Shown here piece after piece: positions 30,745-39,515 of a DNA stretch of 64,000 nucleotides. A program made the translations under genes and the position numbers. The notes beneath the pieces were generated by a model, which saw nothing but the letters and a program-made list of their open reading frames with translations, made no database searches and was not told where the DNA came from. Each line of letters begins with the position of its first letter. Position 1 is the first letter of the stretch. Origin of the DNA: Myxococcota bacterium (lineage in GTDB: Bacteria; Myxococcota_A; UBA9160; JAFDDA01); the NCBI GenBank assembly GCA_965228475.1, contig OZ245817.1:288001-352000 (forward strand), in the 5' to 3' direction.

Positions 30745-30774
30745 ATCGTACGGCCGGGCTCCCGCGCAGGTCAA
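30745..30774 (-). promoter_or_regulatory. sigma70 promoter of the tRNA-like gene
   Basis: TTGACC (30774-30769), 18-nt spacer, TACGAT (30750-30745); ends 8 nt before the acceptor 5' G. Confidence 0.8.
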
Positions 30775-30819
30775 CCGGAGGGGCTTCCCGGCCTCGGTGC
30801 GGTCCGGTTCGGGCCGGGC

Positions 30820-30862
30820 TTGATTTAGTCGCTTGATCAAGGATATTGTTCGCCCGACTAAA
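30820..30862 (+). promoter_or_regulatory. AT-rich promoter/operator upstream of 30889
   Basis: TTGATT-18-TATTGT overlapped by inverted repeat tttagtcg...cgactaaa and internal palindrome ttgatcaa. Confidence 0.5.
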
Positions 30863-30888
30863 CCCCTCGCGCCCGAGGAGGGCCGCCG

Positions 30889-31350
30889 ATGGCGCCCGAA
30901 TCCCTTCCCTACGCACTCGAAATCTGGGACAACGCCGCCCGCCTGGCGCTCCCCATCTGGCTGAAGGCCTGGCTCGGCTTCCTGGCTCTGAGCTTCCTGG
31001 CCTCGCTGGCCTTTGTCCGCACGGAGCGAACCGCCCGCATCGTCCTCGCGAGCTTCGTGGCGAGCCACCTCGGGCTCGTCGTGCTCGGACTCGCCGGCGT
31101 GACGATCCGCACGGGGCTCGTCTCCCTGGCCCACATCGTCGCCTGGACGCCGGGGCTGATCGCCCTCCTGCGAACGATCCCGAAGACCGAGAGCGGCTCG
31201 CGCTTCGGCCTCTGGTGCCGGACGGTGGCCGCGGTCATCGTCGTCGCCTTCGTCTTCGATCTGCGCGACGCCGGCTCCTATCTCTATCACCACGCGGTCG
31301 GCCATCCGGTGCTCGAGGCCGGCGCGGCGGGCGAAGGGAGCGACGCATGA
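30889..31350 (+). CDS. Hypothetical membrane protein (about 4 TM)
   Basis: RBS gaggag; hydrophobic helices; ATGA-coupled to the next gene. Confidence 0.7.
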   Translation: MAPESLPYALEIWDNAARLALPIWLKAWLGFLALSFLASLAFVRTERTARIVLASFVASHLGLVVLGLAGVTIRTGLVSLAHIVAWTPGLIALLRTIPKTESGSRFGLWCRTVAAVIVVAFVFDLRDAGSYLYHHAVGHPVLEAGAAGEGSDA

Positions 31351-31757
31351 ACCGCCGCCGAACCTCGCCTGCGCTGATCCTCACTGCCCTCCTGGCCGCG
31401 GGCTGCGGCGGGCCGATCCTCGTCTTCCCGGGCGGAGAACTCTCGGGGGAGGTCGTCGACGAGCCCGTCGAGGATTGGTCCTTCGTGACGTCGACCTTCA
31501 TCGATCTCGAGACCCGGCCGGGCGACCCCTACTCCGTCGAGCTCAACTACGTGGTGAAGGACGGCAAGCTCTACATCGACCCGGCAGAGGGGAAGCGCTG
31601 GCTCGAACACATCCGCGCGGATCCGCGCGTGCGCGCCCGCTTCGACGGGAAGATCTATCCGCTCGAAGCCATCCTCGTCGGCAAGCCCGGGGAGCTTCCG
31701 GGCTTCGACGCGGACCGCTTCATCTACCGGCTGGATCCGCGCTCGCCAGCCGGCTGA
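31347..31757 (+). CDS. Small lipoprotein, split-barrel-like
   Basis: Lipobox LAAGC; paralog of 14666-15118. Confidence 0.7.
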   Translation: MNRRRTSPALILTALLAAGCGGPILVFPGGELSGEVVDEPVEDWSFVTSTFIDLETRPGDPYSVELNYVVKDGKLYIDPAEGKRWLEHIRADPRVRARFDGKIYPLEAILVGKPGELPGFDADRFIYRLDPRSPAG

Positions 31758-31855
31758 GGGACGCGCCCCCTGGCTCGGTTGCATCTCGCCGCGAAGCCTG
31801 GGAAATTGTCCGCGATGGAGTTGTTCGGAAACGGCCGTCCAAGCGAGGTGCCGCG

Positions 31856-32692
31856 ATGAAGGTCGAGCCGACCGGCCAGGCGTGCGGCGCGGTCGTCGAG
31901 GGCGTCGACCTGACGGCGCCGCTCTCGCCCGAGTGCGTGGCGGACCTCCGGGCCGCCTGGCTCGAACATCACGTGCTCGTCTTCCCGGACCAGCCGATGA
32001 GCGACGACGACCTCGAGCGCTTCACCCGCTACTTCGGCCCCTTCGGCGACGACCCGTTCTTCGGCCCGATCCCCGGCCGCGAGCACATCGCCGCGATCCG
32101 CCGGGACGCCGACGAGACCCTGCCCGTCTTCGCCGAGGTCTGGCACACGGACTGGAGCTTCCAGGAGCGCCCGCCCCAGGGTACGTGCCTGTTCGGGATC
32201 ACCATCCCGCCGAAGGGCGGCGACACCCTCTTCGCGAACCAGCACCGCGCGCTCGAGGACATGCCGCGCGCGCTGCGCGAACGGCTCGAAGGGAAGCAGG
32301 CGATCCACAGCGCGAAGCTCGGCTACGGCCCGGATGGCGCGTACGGAGAAAAGGACCGGGCCGCCGGGCGCAGCATGGACATCCGCCCGTCGGAGGAAGC
32401 GCTCGCCGAGCAGCGTCACCCGATCCTGCGGGCGCACCCCGAGACCGGGCGGCTCGGTGTCTTCGGTGCGCTCGGCTACATCGTCGGCATCGACGGCATG
32501 CCGCAGGACGAGGCGTTCCCGCTCCTCCAGGAACTGTTGGCCTGGCAGACGCGCCCCGAGTTCCAGTACCGCCATGCCTGGCAGCCGAACATGCTCCTGC
32601 TCTGGGACAACCGGAGCGTTCTCCACTCCGCCTCGGGCGGGTACGACGGCCACGATCGTCTGCTCCATCGCACGACGATCGGCGCCGGCTGA
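31856..32692 (+). CDS. TauD/TfdA-family 2-oxoglutarate dioxygenase
   Basis: WHTD, GGDTLFAN, WDNRSVLH...RLLHRTT. Confidence 0.92.
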   Translation: MKVEPTGQACGAVVEGVDLTAPLSPECVADLRAAWLEHHVLVFPDQPMSDDDLERFTRYFGPFGDDPFFGPIPGREHIAAIRRDADETLPVFAEVWHTDWSFQERPPQGTCLFGITIPPKGGDTLFANQHRALEDMPRALRERLEGKQAIHSAKLGYGPDGAYGEKDRAAGRSMDIRPSEEALAEQRHPILRAHPETGRLGVFGALGYIVGIDGMPQDEAFPLLQELLAWQTRPEFQYRHAWQPNMLLLWDNRSVLHSASGGYDGHDRLLHRTTIGAG

Positions 32693-32725
32693 GCCCTTGG
32701 ACGAAGTCCGGCCGCGGAGATCCCC

Positions 32726-33202
32726 GTGAGCGAGAAAGCCGTCCCGGAGGGGCTCCGACGGGTGCTTCGCCCCGAGAGCGAGCGCCGCGTGATCCGGCGC
32801 GGGCACCCCGTCGGCGACATCCTCGAGGCCTACGAGTGGGAGGTGATGGAACGCGGCCTGGGCCACCTGCGCGTCGCGGCGCACCTGCCCGCGGCCGTGT
32901 GCAATCCGCGGGGACAGCTCTTCGGGGGCTTCACCGGGACCTACGTGGACTTCATGTCGCTCTTCACCTTCTGGGCGGGGCGCGAGCCGAGCGACGACGA
33001 GCCGCGCGCCTGGCTTGCCACCCTGAACATGCGCATCGATTACTTCCGCCCGGTCACGGGGCCGCGCTTCGAGATGGAAGGGCGCATCGTCCACCTGCGC
33101 GGCTCGACGGGCATGGTCGAGACGCGCTTCTTCGAGCCGGAGGCCGGGCCCGAGGCTTCGCCGCTCGTCTACGGCTACACGACGCTGAAGGCCACCGGGT
33201 GA
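32726..33202 (+). CDS. PaaI-family thioesterase
   Basis: NPRGQLFGG, TLNMRIDYFRPV. Confidence 0.85.
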   Translation: MSEKAVPEGLRRVLRPESERRVIRRGHPVGDILEAYEWEVMERGLGHLRVAAHLPAAVCNPRGQLFGGFTGTYVDFMSLFTFWAGREPSDDEPRAWLATLNMRIDYFRPVTGPRFEMEGRIVHLRGSTGMVETRFFEPEAGPEASPLVYGYTTLKATG

Positions 33203-33999
33203 GCGAGGAGTCGCCGTCTTCCTTCCACGCGCCCCGTGCGACGGCCGACCCGAAGCGTTTCGAACTCGCCGTCGAGCGGCACCTCTGCGTCGGCCCGCCC
33301 GAGCGCCAGTTCATGATGGGCGGCGTGGGGCTCGCTTCCGCCGTCTCGGCGATGGAGCGGGTGACCGGCCGCCCGCTCGTCTGGGCGACCGCGCAGTTCC
33401 TCGCGCCGGCGCTGCCCGGAGACGAGCTCGAGATCGAGGTGAGTGTCCCGGCCGCGGGCATCCAGGTGAGCCAGGCCCGCGCGACGGCGCGCAAGGGAGA
33501 GCGAGAGGTGATCGCGGTCGCCGCCGCGCTCGGCGCGCGCCAGGACGAGCGCGAGCGGCAGTTCGCCGAGATGCCCTCGGTTCCCGGGCCGGAAGCGTGC
33601 GACGAGGAGCTTCGCGAGGAGACGGACCTGCCCGACCTCTTCACGCGGCTCGAGCGGCGGCGCGTCGACGACCCGGAGGGGGAGGGCGCGGGCCGCGCGC
33701 GCATGTGGATGCGCACCCGTGAGGAAGAGCCGGTCACCGCCGGCCTGCTCGCGGTCTTCGCGGACTTCCTGCCCGGGGCGATCCCCGAGACGCGCGGCTC
33801 GAGCAGCCTCGACAACACGCTCCGGATCCACGGCCTGCGCCCGGCGCGCTGGTGCCTGCTCGACACCCGGATCCACGGCTTCGGCGCCGGGCTCTTCCAC
33901 GGCGAGACCCGGATCTTCGCCGCGGACGGGGCCCTGCTCGCGACGGCCAGTCAGAGCGGAGCGGTCGCCCGCAGCCGCCCCGCCGCGCCCGGCCGCTAG
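33199..33999 (+). CDS. Double-hotdog acyl-CoA thioesterase (TesB-like)
   Basis: FMMGG, LVWATAQF, SSLDNTLR, DGALLATASQS. Confidence 0.82.
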   Translation: MSEESPSSFHAPRATADPKRFELAVERHLCVGPPERQFMMGGVGLASAVSAMERVTGRPLVWATAQFLAPALPGDELEIEVSVPAAGIQVSQARATARKGEREVIAVAAALGARQDERERQFAEMPSVPGPEACDEELREETDLPDLFTRLERRRVDDPEGEGAGRARMWMRTREEEPVTAGLLAVFADFLPGAIPETRGSSSLDNTLRIHGLRPARWCLLDTRIHGFGAGLFHGETRIFAADGALLATASQSGAVARSRPAAPGR

Positions 34000-34198
34000 C
34001 CGCCTGCTCCCCTCCTGCGCGCAGCCGTTGCGCAGGACGTCCTGCAAGGGCCCGCAGCACGGAGGCTGTTCGTTTCGAGGTGAAAAAACCTCAAGGGCTC
34101 CTGCGCGCTTCGACGAAAAGCAATGGTGATTCGACACAGTCCAGGGAAGGACTTGCCGTGATCCGCTTCACAACCGAGCCCGCCCCACGGACGTCCCG

Positions 34199-34882
34199 AT
34201 GCCCTTCCTCCAGAAAAGCTCCCTGCGCCTCGCCGTTCTCCTCGCGCTGGCTGCCACCGTCTCGACGGCGGCCGAGGCGCTGACCCTGAACGTCTCCTTC
34301 ACCCGCTCCACCTACGCGGTGCAGGCCGGCGATACCTACGCCGACCTCCTGGCCGAGCACAACGCCGGGCTCGTGCTCGGCGGCGGCGGGGTGACGAGCC
34401 TCGACGGCGTCTCGACCGCCGTCCACGCCCCGGGCAACACCAACGATTACAGCGTGCTGATGTCCGTGGATCTCGTGGCCGCCCAGTCCGGGAGCTACGA
34501 GTTCCAGGCCGGCGTCGACTGGGGCCGCGGGGGCATCGCGGCGGTCGTCAACAACACGACCTCGACCGTGATCTCGGAATACGTGCGCACCGACGACCTC
34601 TGGTGGGCCTACAACTGGAACCACGGCGACGTCTTCACGACCCAGGTGAACCTCGTCGCCGGCGAGTCCTACTCGATGGTCTGGATCGGTTTCGAGGGCT
34701 GCTGCGCCGGCTCGAGCACGATTCGCTTCGCCTTCGAAGGCGCGCCCTTCGCACCGATCACCGCAGCAGCCCTGGCGCCCCACGCGGCGGTGTCCGAGCC
34801 GGCCTTCGCCTGGTTCGTCGGGACGCTCGCCGTCCTCGCCGGGCCCGCCCGGCGGAAGATCCTGGCCCTCCGCCAGGGCTGA
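34199..34882 (+). CDS. CCXG-type PEP-CTERM protein
   Basis: Signal peptide; GVDWGRGG, DDLWW, GFEGCCAG; variant tail VSEP + TM + RRK. Confidence 0.75.
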   Translation: MPFLQKSSLRLAVLLALAATVSTAAEALTLNVSFTRSTYAVQAGDTYADLLAEHNAGLVLGGGGVTSLDGVSTAVHAPGNTNDYSVLMSVDLVAAQSGSYEFQAGVDWGRGGIAAVVNNTTSTVISEYVRTDDLWWAYNWNHGDVFTTQVNLVAGESYSMVWIGFEGCCAGSSTIRFAFEGAPFAPITAAALAPHAAVSEPAFAWFVGTLAVLAGPARRKILALRQG

Positions 34883-34984
34883 GCCGATCGCGCAAGAAAC
34901 GCTTCAAACGTCTGACATTTCGAGCGCTCTGCCACCACATCCTCCTACCCAGCCCCGAGAGCGGGCCGGGAGGAGGAAACAGGA

Positions 34985-35773
34985 ATGCGGATCCGGTCCC
35001 TGCTCGTCGCGCTAGCGCTTCTTTCGTCGATGACGGCGACGAGTGCGAAGGCCATGGTGATGTACGAGATCACCGGCGAGATGTTCGGCCAGTTCATTCC
35101 CGTCTCTTCGGACGCGGCGGCGGATCTGTTCGGCGTGCCGCGCGGCTCCGCCCTCGGCACCGTGGATGCGATCCTCCAGGTCGTCGTCGACCCGGCTTCG
35201 ATCCCCTTCATCGAGACGAACACGAGCATCGGACAGGAGGTCACGTACTTCGACGCGATCCTGGCCGCGCGGGTCGACATCAACGGCGTGGTCTTCGAGA
35301 CCACGCGCATGCCGACGGCCGGGACCCAGCAGAACGAGATCGAGGTGAACAACACGGTCGCGCCCAGTGGTCTCGACGCCGTCAACATCTTCTCGCAGAA
35401 CGGATTGAGCGACCTCTGGACGACGGAGACGGTTCCGTTCAATCAGACCGTCGGCGGTGTCTTCCTCGAGGACGCGATCGTCACCATCGCGAACTTCCAG
35501 GCCCTCTTCACCGGCATCGGGACGGGTTGGCTCGACGGATTCGGCCTGCCGGAGACGACCGCCGACTTCGCCGACATCACGGGGCTCGTGGCGAATCTCC
35601 AGTTCGGAATCGACCTCGGCCCCGGCCTGAGCCAGGGGTTCCTGCAGCTGACGATGACCCAGGGCGAGGTCACCGCGAGCCCCGCGACGGTGCCGGAGCC
35701 GGCCTTCGCCGGGTTCCTGCTCTCGGGCTTGGGCGCGCTGGCCTTCGTGCGGCGGCGAGGCGTCCGGGCCTAG
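34985..35773 (+). CDS. PEP-CTERM sorting-domain protein
   Basis: Signal peptide AKA; VPEPAFAGFLLSGLGALAFVRRR. Confidence 0.88.
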   Translation: MRIRSLLVALALLSSMTATSAKAMVMYEITGEMFGQFIPVSSDAAADLFGVPRGSALGTVDAILQVVVDPASIPFIETNTSIGQEVTYFDAILAARVDINGVVFETTRMPTAGTQQNEIEVNNTVAPSGLDAVNIFSQNGLSDLWTTETVPFNQTVGGVFLEDAIVTIANFQALFTGIGTGWLDGFGLPETTADFADITGLVANLQFGIDLGPGLSQGFLQLTMTQGEVTASPATVPEPAFAGFLLSGLGALAFVRRRGVRA

Positions 35774-35779
35774 GCCGGA

Positions 35780-36244
35780 TCAGCTCGGCTGGAAGATCTC
35801 GCCGCAGCGGCCGCAGTGGAAGGATTCCTCCCAGCGCCGCAGGGCCGGCTCGAAGACCTCCCGGTTGTATCGGCCGTGGCTCGCTGCGCGCCGGATCGCC
35901 AGGAAACCGAAGGCAGCCCAGGCGGCGACGGTCACCTGGCCGACGCTCGACGGCGACATCTCGGTCATCCCGCTCACGACCATCCCGAGGACGAAGCCCG
36001 CGAAGGCGGCGAGAAGCAGTCCGACGACGCCCGCCATGAAGGGGTCTTTCGGCTCGGGGGGCGCGAGCTTCTGCGCCAGCGTGGAGCTTCCCGTCGTCGC
36101 GGTGCGGCTCGTCCCGGTGACCCGGTCCGTCGAGTACGGGCGCTTCATCTCGATCTGCGAGGAGGAATCCTCCCGGTAGGTGCCTTCGTCGACCAGCAGG
36201 CTCACTCGCTTCGTGTTCTCGGAATCGCACTTCGGGCAGCGCAC
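35780..36244 (-). CDS. Membrane protein with split zinc ribbon
   Basis: N-terminal CPKC, two TM helices, C-terminal CGRC; RBS ggagga before GTG. Confidence 0.7.
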   Translation of the reverse strand: MRCPKCDSENTKRVSLLVDEGTYREDSSSQIEMKRPYSTDRVTGTSRTATTGSSTLAQKLAPPEPKDPFMAGVVGLLLAAFAGFVLGMVVSGMTEMSPSSVGQVTVAAWAAFGFLAIRRAASHGRYNREVFEPALRRWEESFHCGRCGEIFQPS

Positions 36245-36365
36245 GGTGGGCTCCTCCCGGCGCACAGATTCCCCCAATCGAACGGGCCGAGCAAGCGCGA
36301 GAGCCCGTCGGGGCCCTTCCCATCGGTGGTATTCTCGGGCCGGTTCCTGAGAGCGAGGAGATCCG

Positions 36366-36926
36366 ATGCCCGCGTTTCCGCGAGACGAGATGGAAGAGAT
36401 GGTTCGCCGCTGGGTCGCCGCGAACGACGAATCGGGTCGCACCGGTGACTGGTCCAGGATGTCGCAGTTCTACACCGAGGACGCCGTCTACAGCTGGACG
36501 ACCGGGCCGAACACGGAGTTCGTCGCGAAGGGCCGCAAGCAGATCCACGAGTGGGCCTTCGGGACGGAGATGGCCGGGCTCGAGCACTGGACCTACCCCT
36601 ACGTCCGCACGCTGATCGACGATCAGAAGGGCGAGTTCCTCGGCTTCTGGCGCCAGGTCGCGCCGGTGAAGAACCCCGAGGGAGTCCCCTACGAGATCCG
36701 CGGCACGGGGGGCTCGTGGTTCCGCTACGCCGGCGATTTCAAGTGGAGCTGGCAGCGCGACTTCTTCGACCACGGCTGCGCGGGCGCCGTCTTCCTCGAG
36801 ATGGCGAAGAACGGCCAGCTCACCGAAAAGATGACCGAGCGCATGAAGAAGGGCTCGAAGATGCCGGGCTGGGTCCGCGCGCACGAGTTCGACTGGTTCT
36901 CGACGATCGAAGACATCGAAGGCTGA
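36366..36926 (+). CDS. NTF2/SnoaL-like protein
   Basis: FYTEDAVY, GTEMAGL, WQRDFFD; strong RBS. Confidence 0.82.
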   Translation: MPAFPRDEMEEMVRRWVAANDESGRTGDWSRMSQFYTEDAVYSWTTGPNTEFVAKGRKQIHEWAFGTEMAGLEHWTYPYVRTLIDDQKGEFLGFWRQVAPVKNPEGVPYEIRGTGGSWFRYAGDFKWSWQRDFFDHGCAGAVFLEMAKNGQLTEKMTERMKKGSKMPGWVRAHEFDWFSTIEDIEG

Positions 36927-36939
36927 GCCCCCGCGCGCG

Positions 36940-38250
36940 ATGACCCTCCGCAGCGACTACGCGGGCCCCTTCGACCCGGATGTGAAGCTCGCGGACTTCT
37001 CGCGCGAGTTCCTCGTCGGGCTCGGCCACGAGTACCTGCTGATCGGCCATCTCTTCGACCGCGTCGCGCAGCCACTCGTGGCGATGGAGCACGGCGCGGA
37101 GGGCTACGTCCGCTCGGCGATCGAGGAGTGGATGGGCGCCAGCCCGGTCTACTCGAAGCGCATGCAGCGGCTGATGCACTTCGAAGGCGACGACGTCGAG
37201 ACGGTCTTCAAGAATCTCCAGCTCGAGATCGGCTCGCCCCAGCAGTTCATGGACTTCCAGTTCCGGCTCGACTCGCCCCGCTACGGAGAGTTCTGGCTCA
37301 GCCACTGTGGGGCCCTCCTCGACGTGGAGCCCCACGGTGAGAAGGGCGTGCGCCTCATGTGTCACGACATCGAGGACCCGACCTTCGATGCGACGGCCGC
37401 GGCGACGCACCCGCAGATGGTCATGCGGCCGATCCATCGCCCGCCGCGTATCGAGGGCGCCGAGGGGAACGGGGCAGGCCGCTGGCCCCACTGCCGTTGG
37501 CAGGTCTTCATCGGCGAAGAGAACGCCGACTACGAGCAGCACCCGAACCTCGAACGCGTTCGCGCCTCCCGCCTCGCGGCGATCCCACTGGAGCTGCCCG
37601 AGGGCGATGCCGAGCCCGGCGGCTGGCCGGACTACGCCGGGCCCTTCGACCCGGGTTGCCAGCTCGCGGACTTCTCGCACCGTGCCCTCGTCGGGCTGCT
37701 GCAGGAGTTCGGCGTTCAGGCCCACCTGCTCGCGCGCTCCTACGCGATGAGCCAGCACGATCACTACGGTGCGGAGGCGGCGCGGGAGTTCGTCCGGCGG
37801 GCGTGGATCGGACATGCCGCACTCGCGGCCGAGCGCTTGCGGAAGTATCTCGGCGATCCCGGCGACGGGATCGAGGCGGTTGCCAAGCTGCTGCAGCTCC
37901 ACCCGAACTTCCAGCCGCGAAGCTACGTGGATCTTCGCGTCGAGCTGCGCGGCGAGGAACGCGCCCGGGTCTCCATCGGCGAGTGCCCCGCCCTCGAGGA
38001 AGGGGACGATCTCGCCTGCTTCGCGCAGCTCGGAGCGGAACCCCACGCGGCGTTCGACGCGCTCGTCCAGCGGGTGAACCCGCGCGCCCGGTTCGAGCCC
38101 GCCGAAGACCGGGAGGGCCGCCGCCTCGCCTGGGACGTCGTGATCGCCCCGGACGCCGCGCCCGCCGCCGAGCCTCCGGAGCTCGCCCTCGCTGGCATGA
38201 GCCGCGGAATGACGTTCCGTTTCGAGAAGCGCCGGCTCCTTCGGGCCTGA
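36940..38250 (+). CDS. Conserved hypothetical protein with internal duplication
   Basis: DYAGPFDP...LADFS occurs twice; conserved-looking Cys/His residues. Confidence 0.75.
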   Translation: MTLRSDYAGPFDPDVKLADFSREFLVGLGHEYLLIGHLFDRVAQPLVAMEHGAEGYVRSAIEEWMGASPVYSKRMQRLMHFEGDDVETVFKNLQLEIGSPQQFMDFQFRLDSPRYGEFWLSHCGALLDVEPHGEKGVRLMCHDIEDPTFDATAAATHPQMVMRPIHRPPRIEGAEGNGAGRWPHCRWQVFIGEENADYEQHPNLERVRASRLAAIPLELPEGDAEPGGWPDYAGPFDPGCQLADFSHRALVGLLQEFGVQAHLLARSYAMSQHDHYGAEAAREFVRRAWIGHAALAAERLRKYLGDPGDGIEAVAKLLQLHPNFQPRSYVDLRVELRGEERARVSIGECPALEEGDDLACFAQLGAEPHAAFDALVQRVNPRARFEPAEDREGRRLAWDVVIAPDAAPAAEPPELALAGMSRGMTFRFEKRRLLRA

Positions 38251-38312
38251 GGCCCCGCTCGAACGGCGTTCATGGTAAGAAGGCAGCGCGCCCCGCAAGC
38301 CAAGGAGCCACG

Positions 38313-39515
38313 ATGAGCGATCTCGGATACGAGGTCTTCGACTCGGACCACCACTACTACGAGGCGGAGGACGCTTTCACCCGCCACGTCGATCGGCGGA
38401 TGCAGAGCCGTGCGATGCAGTGGGCCGAGGTCAACGGACGCAAACGCCTGCTCGTGGCGGGCAAGGTGAACCGCTTCATCCCGAACCCGACCTTCGATCC
38501 GGTGGCGCGGCCCGGCTGTCTCGACGAGTTCTTCCGGGGGCGAAACCCGGAGGGGAAGAGCGTCGCCGAGCTCTTCGGCTCCCTCGAGCCCCTGCCCCGG
38601 GAGTATCACGACCGCGACGCCCGCATCGCCCAGCTCGACGCCCAGAAGGTCGGTGGCGCGATGCTGTTCCCGACCCTCGGCGTCGGCATGCAGGAGAGTC
38701 TGCGCCACGACCCGGAGGCCGCCTGCGCGGCGTTCGGAGGCTTCAACCGCTGGCTCGAGGACGACTGGGGCTACGCCTACGAAGGAAGGCTCTTCGCCGC
38801 GCCGTATTTCTCGCTGATGGACCCCGCGTGGGCGGAGCGCGAACTCGAGCGGGTCCTCGCGGCCGGCGCCCGCGTGCTCTCGATGGTGCCGGGCCCCGTG
38901 CCCGAAGGGAGCGGAAGCCGTTCGCTCGGCGACCCGCGCTACGACGGTTTCTGGGCGCGCGTGGGCGAGGCGGGCGTTCCCGTGGCCTTCCATTCGGGCG
39001 ACGCGGGCTATCGCATGTTCCTCGAGGCCTGGGGCGGCGAGCGGGAGTTCCGGGCCTTCGCCTTCGACAGTCTGCAGGGGTGCCTCTCCGCCGAACCCAT
39101 CCACGATACGCTCGCGGCGCTCATCTGCCACGGGGTCTTCGAACGGCATCCGGGGGTGCGCGTGGCGACGATCGAGTGCGGGAGCGCCTGGGCCGAGGGC
39201 CTCGCGCGCAAGCTCCGCAAGGCCTACGGCCAGATGCCGATGGCCTTCGCAAAGGACCCCCTCGAGCAGCTCCGCGACCACGTCTCGATCGCGCCCTACT
39301 ACGAGGACGACATCGCGGGCCTGCGGGACCTGATCGGCGCCGAACGCGTTCTGTTCGGTTCGGACTTTCCCCACGCCGAAGGTCTGCGGGCGCCCCTCGA
39401 CTTCGTCGAGGACCTCGAAGGCTTCGCCGCTCCCGACGTGCGGCGCATCATGCACGACAACGGGTGGAGCCTCGTCGGTGAAGCTCCGGCCAGTGAAGGG
39501 GAGGGGGCGCGATGA
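38313..39515 (+). CDS. Amidohydrolase family protein (Amidohydro_2)
   Basis: DSDHH, LFPTLG, FHSGD, FGSDFPHAEG. Confidence 0.9.
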   Translation: MSDLGYEVFDSDHHYYEAEDAFTRHVDRRMQSRAMQWAEVNGRKRLLVAGKVNRFIPNPTFDPVARPGCLDEFFRGRNPEGKSVAELFGSLEPLPREYHDRDARIAQLDAQKVGGAMLFPTLGVGMQESLRHDPEAACAAFGGFNRWLEDDWGYAYEGRLFAAPYFSLMDPAWAERELERVLAAGARVLSMVPGPVPEGSGSRSLGDPRYDGFWARVGEAGVPVAFHSGDAGYRMFLEAWGGEREFRAFAFDSLQGCLSAEPIHDTLAALICHGVFERHPGVRVATIECGSAWAEGLARKLRKAYGQMPMAFAKDPLEQLRDHVSIAPYYEDDIAGLRDLIGAERVLFGSDFPHAEGLRAPLDFVEDLEGFAAPDVRRIMHDNGWSLVGEAPASEGEGAR

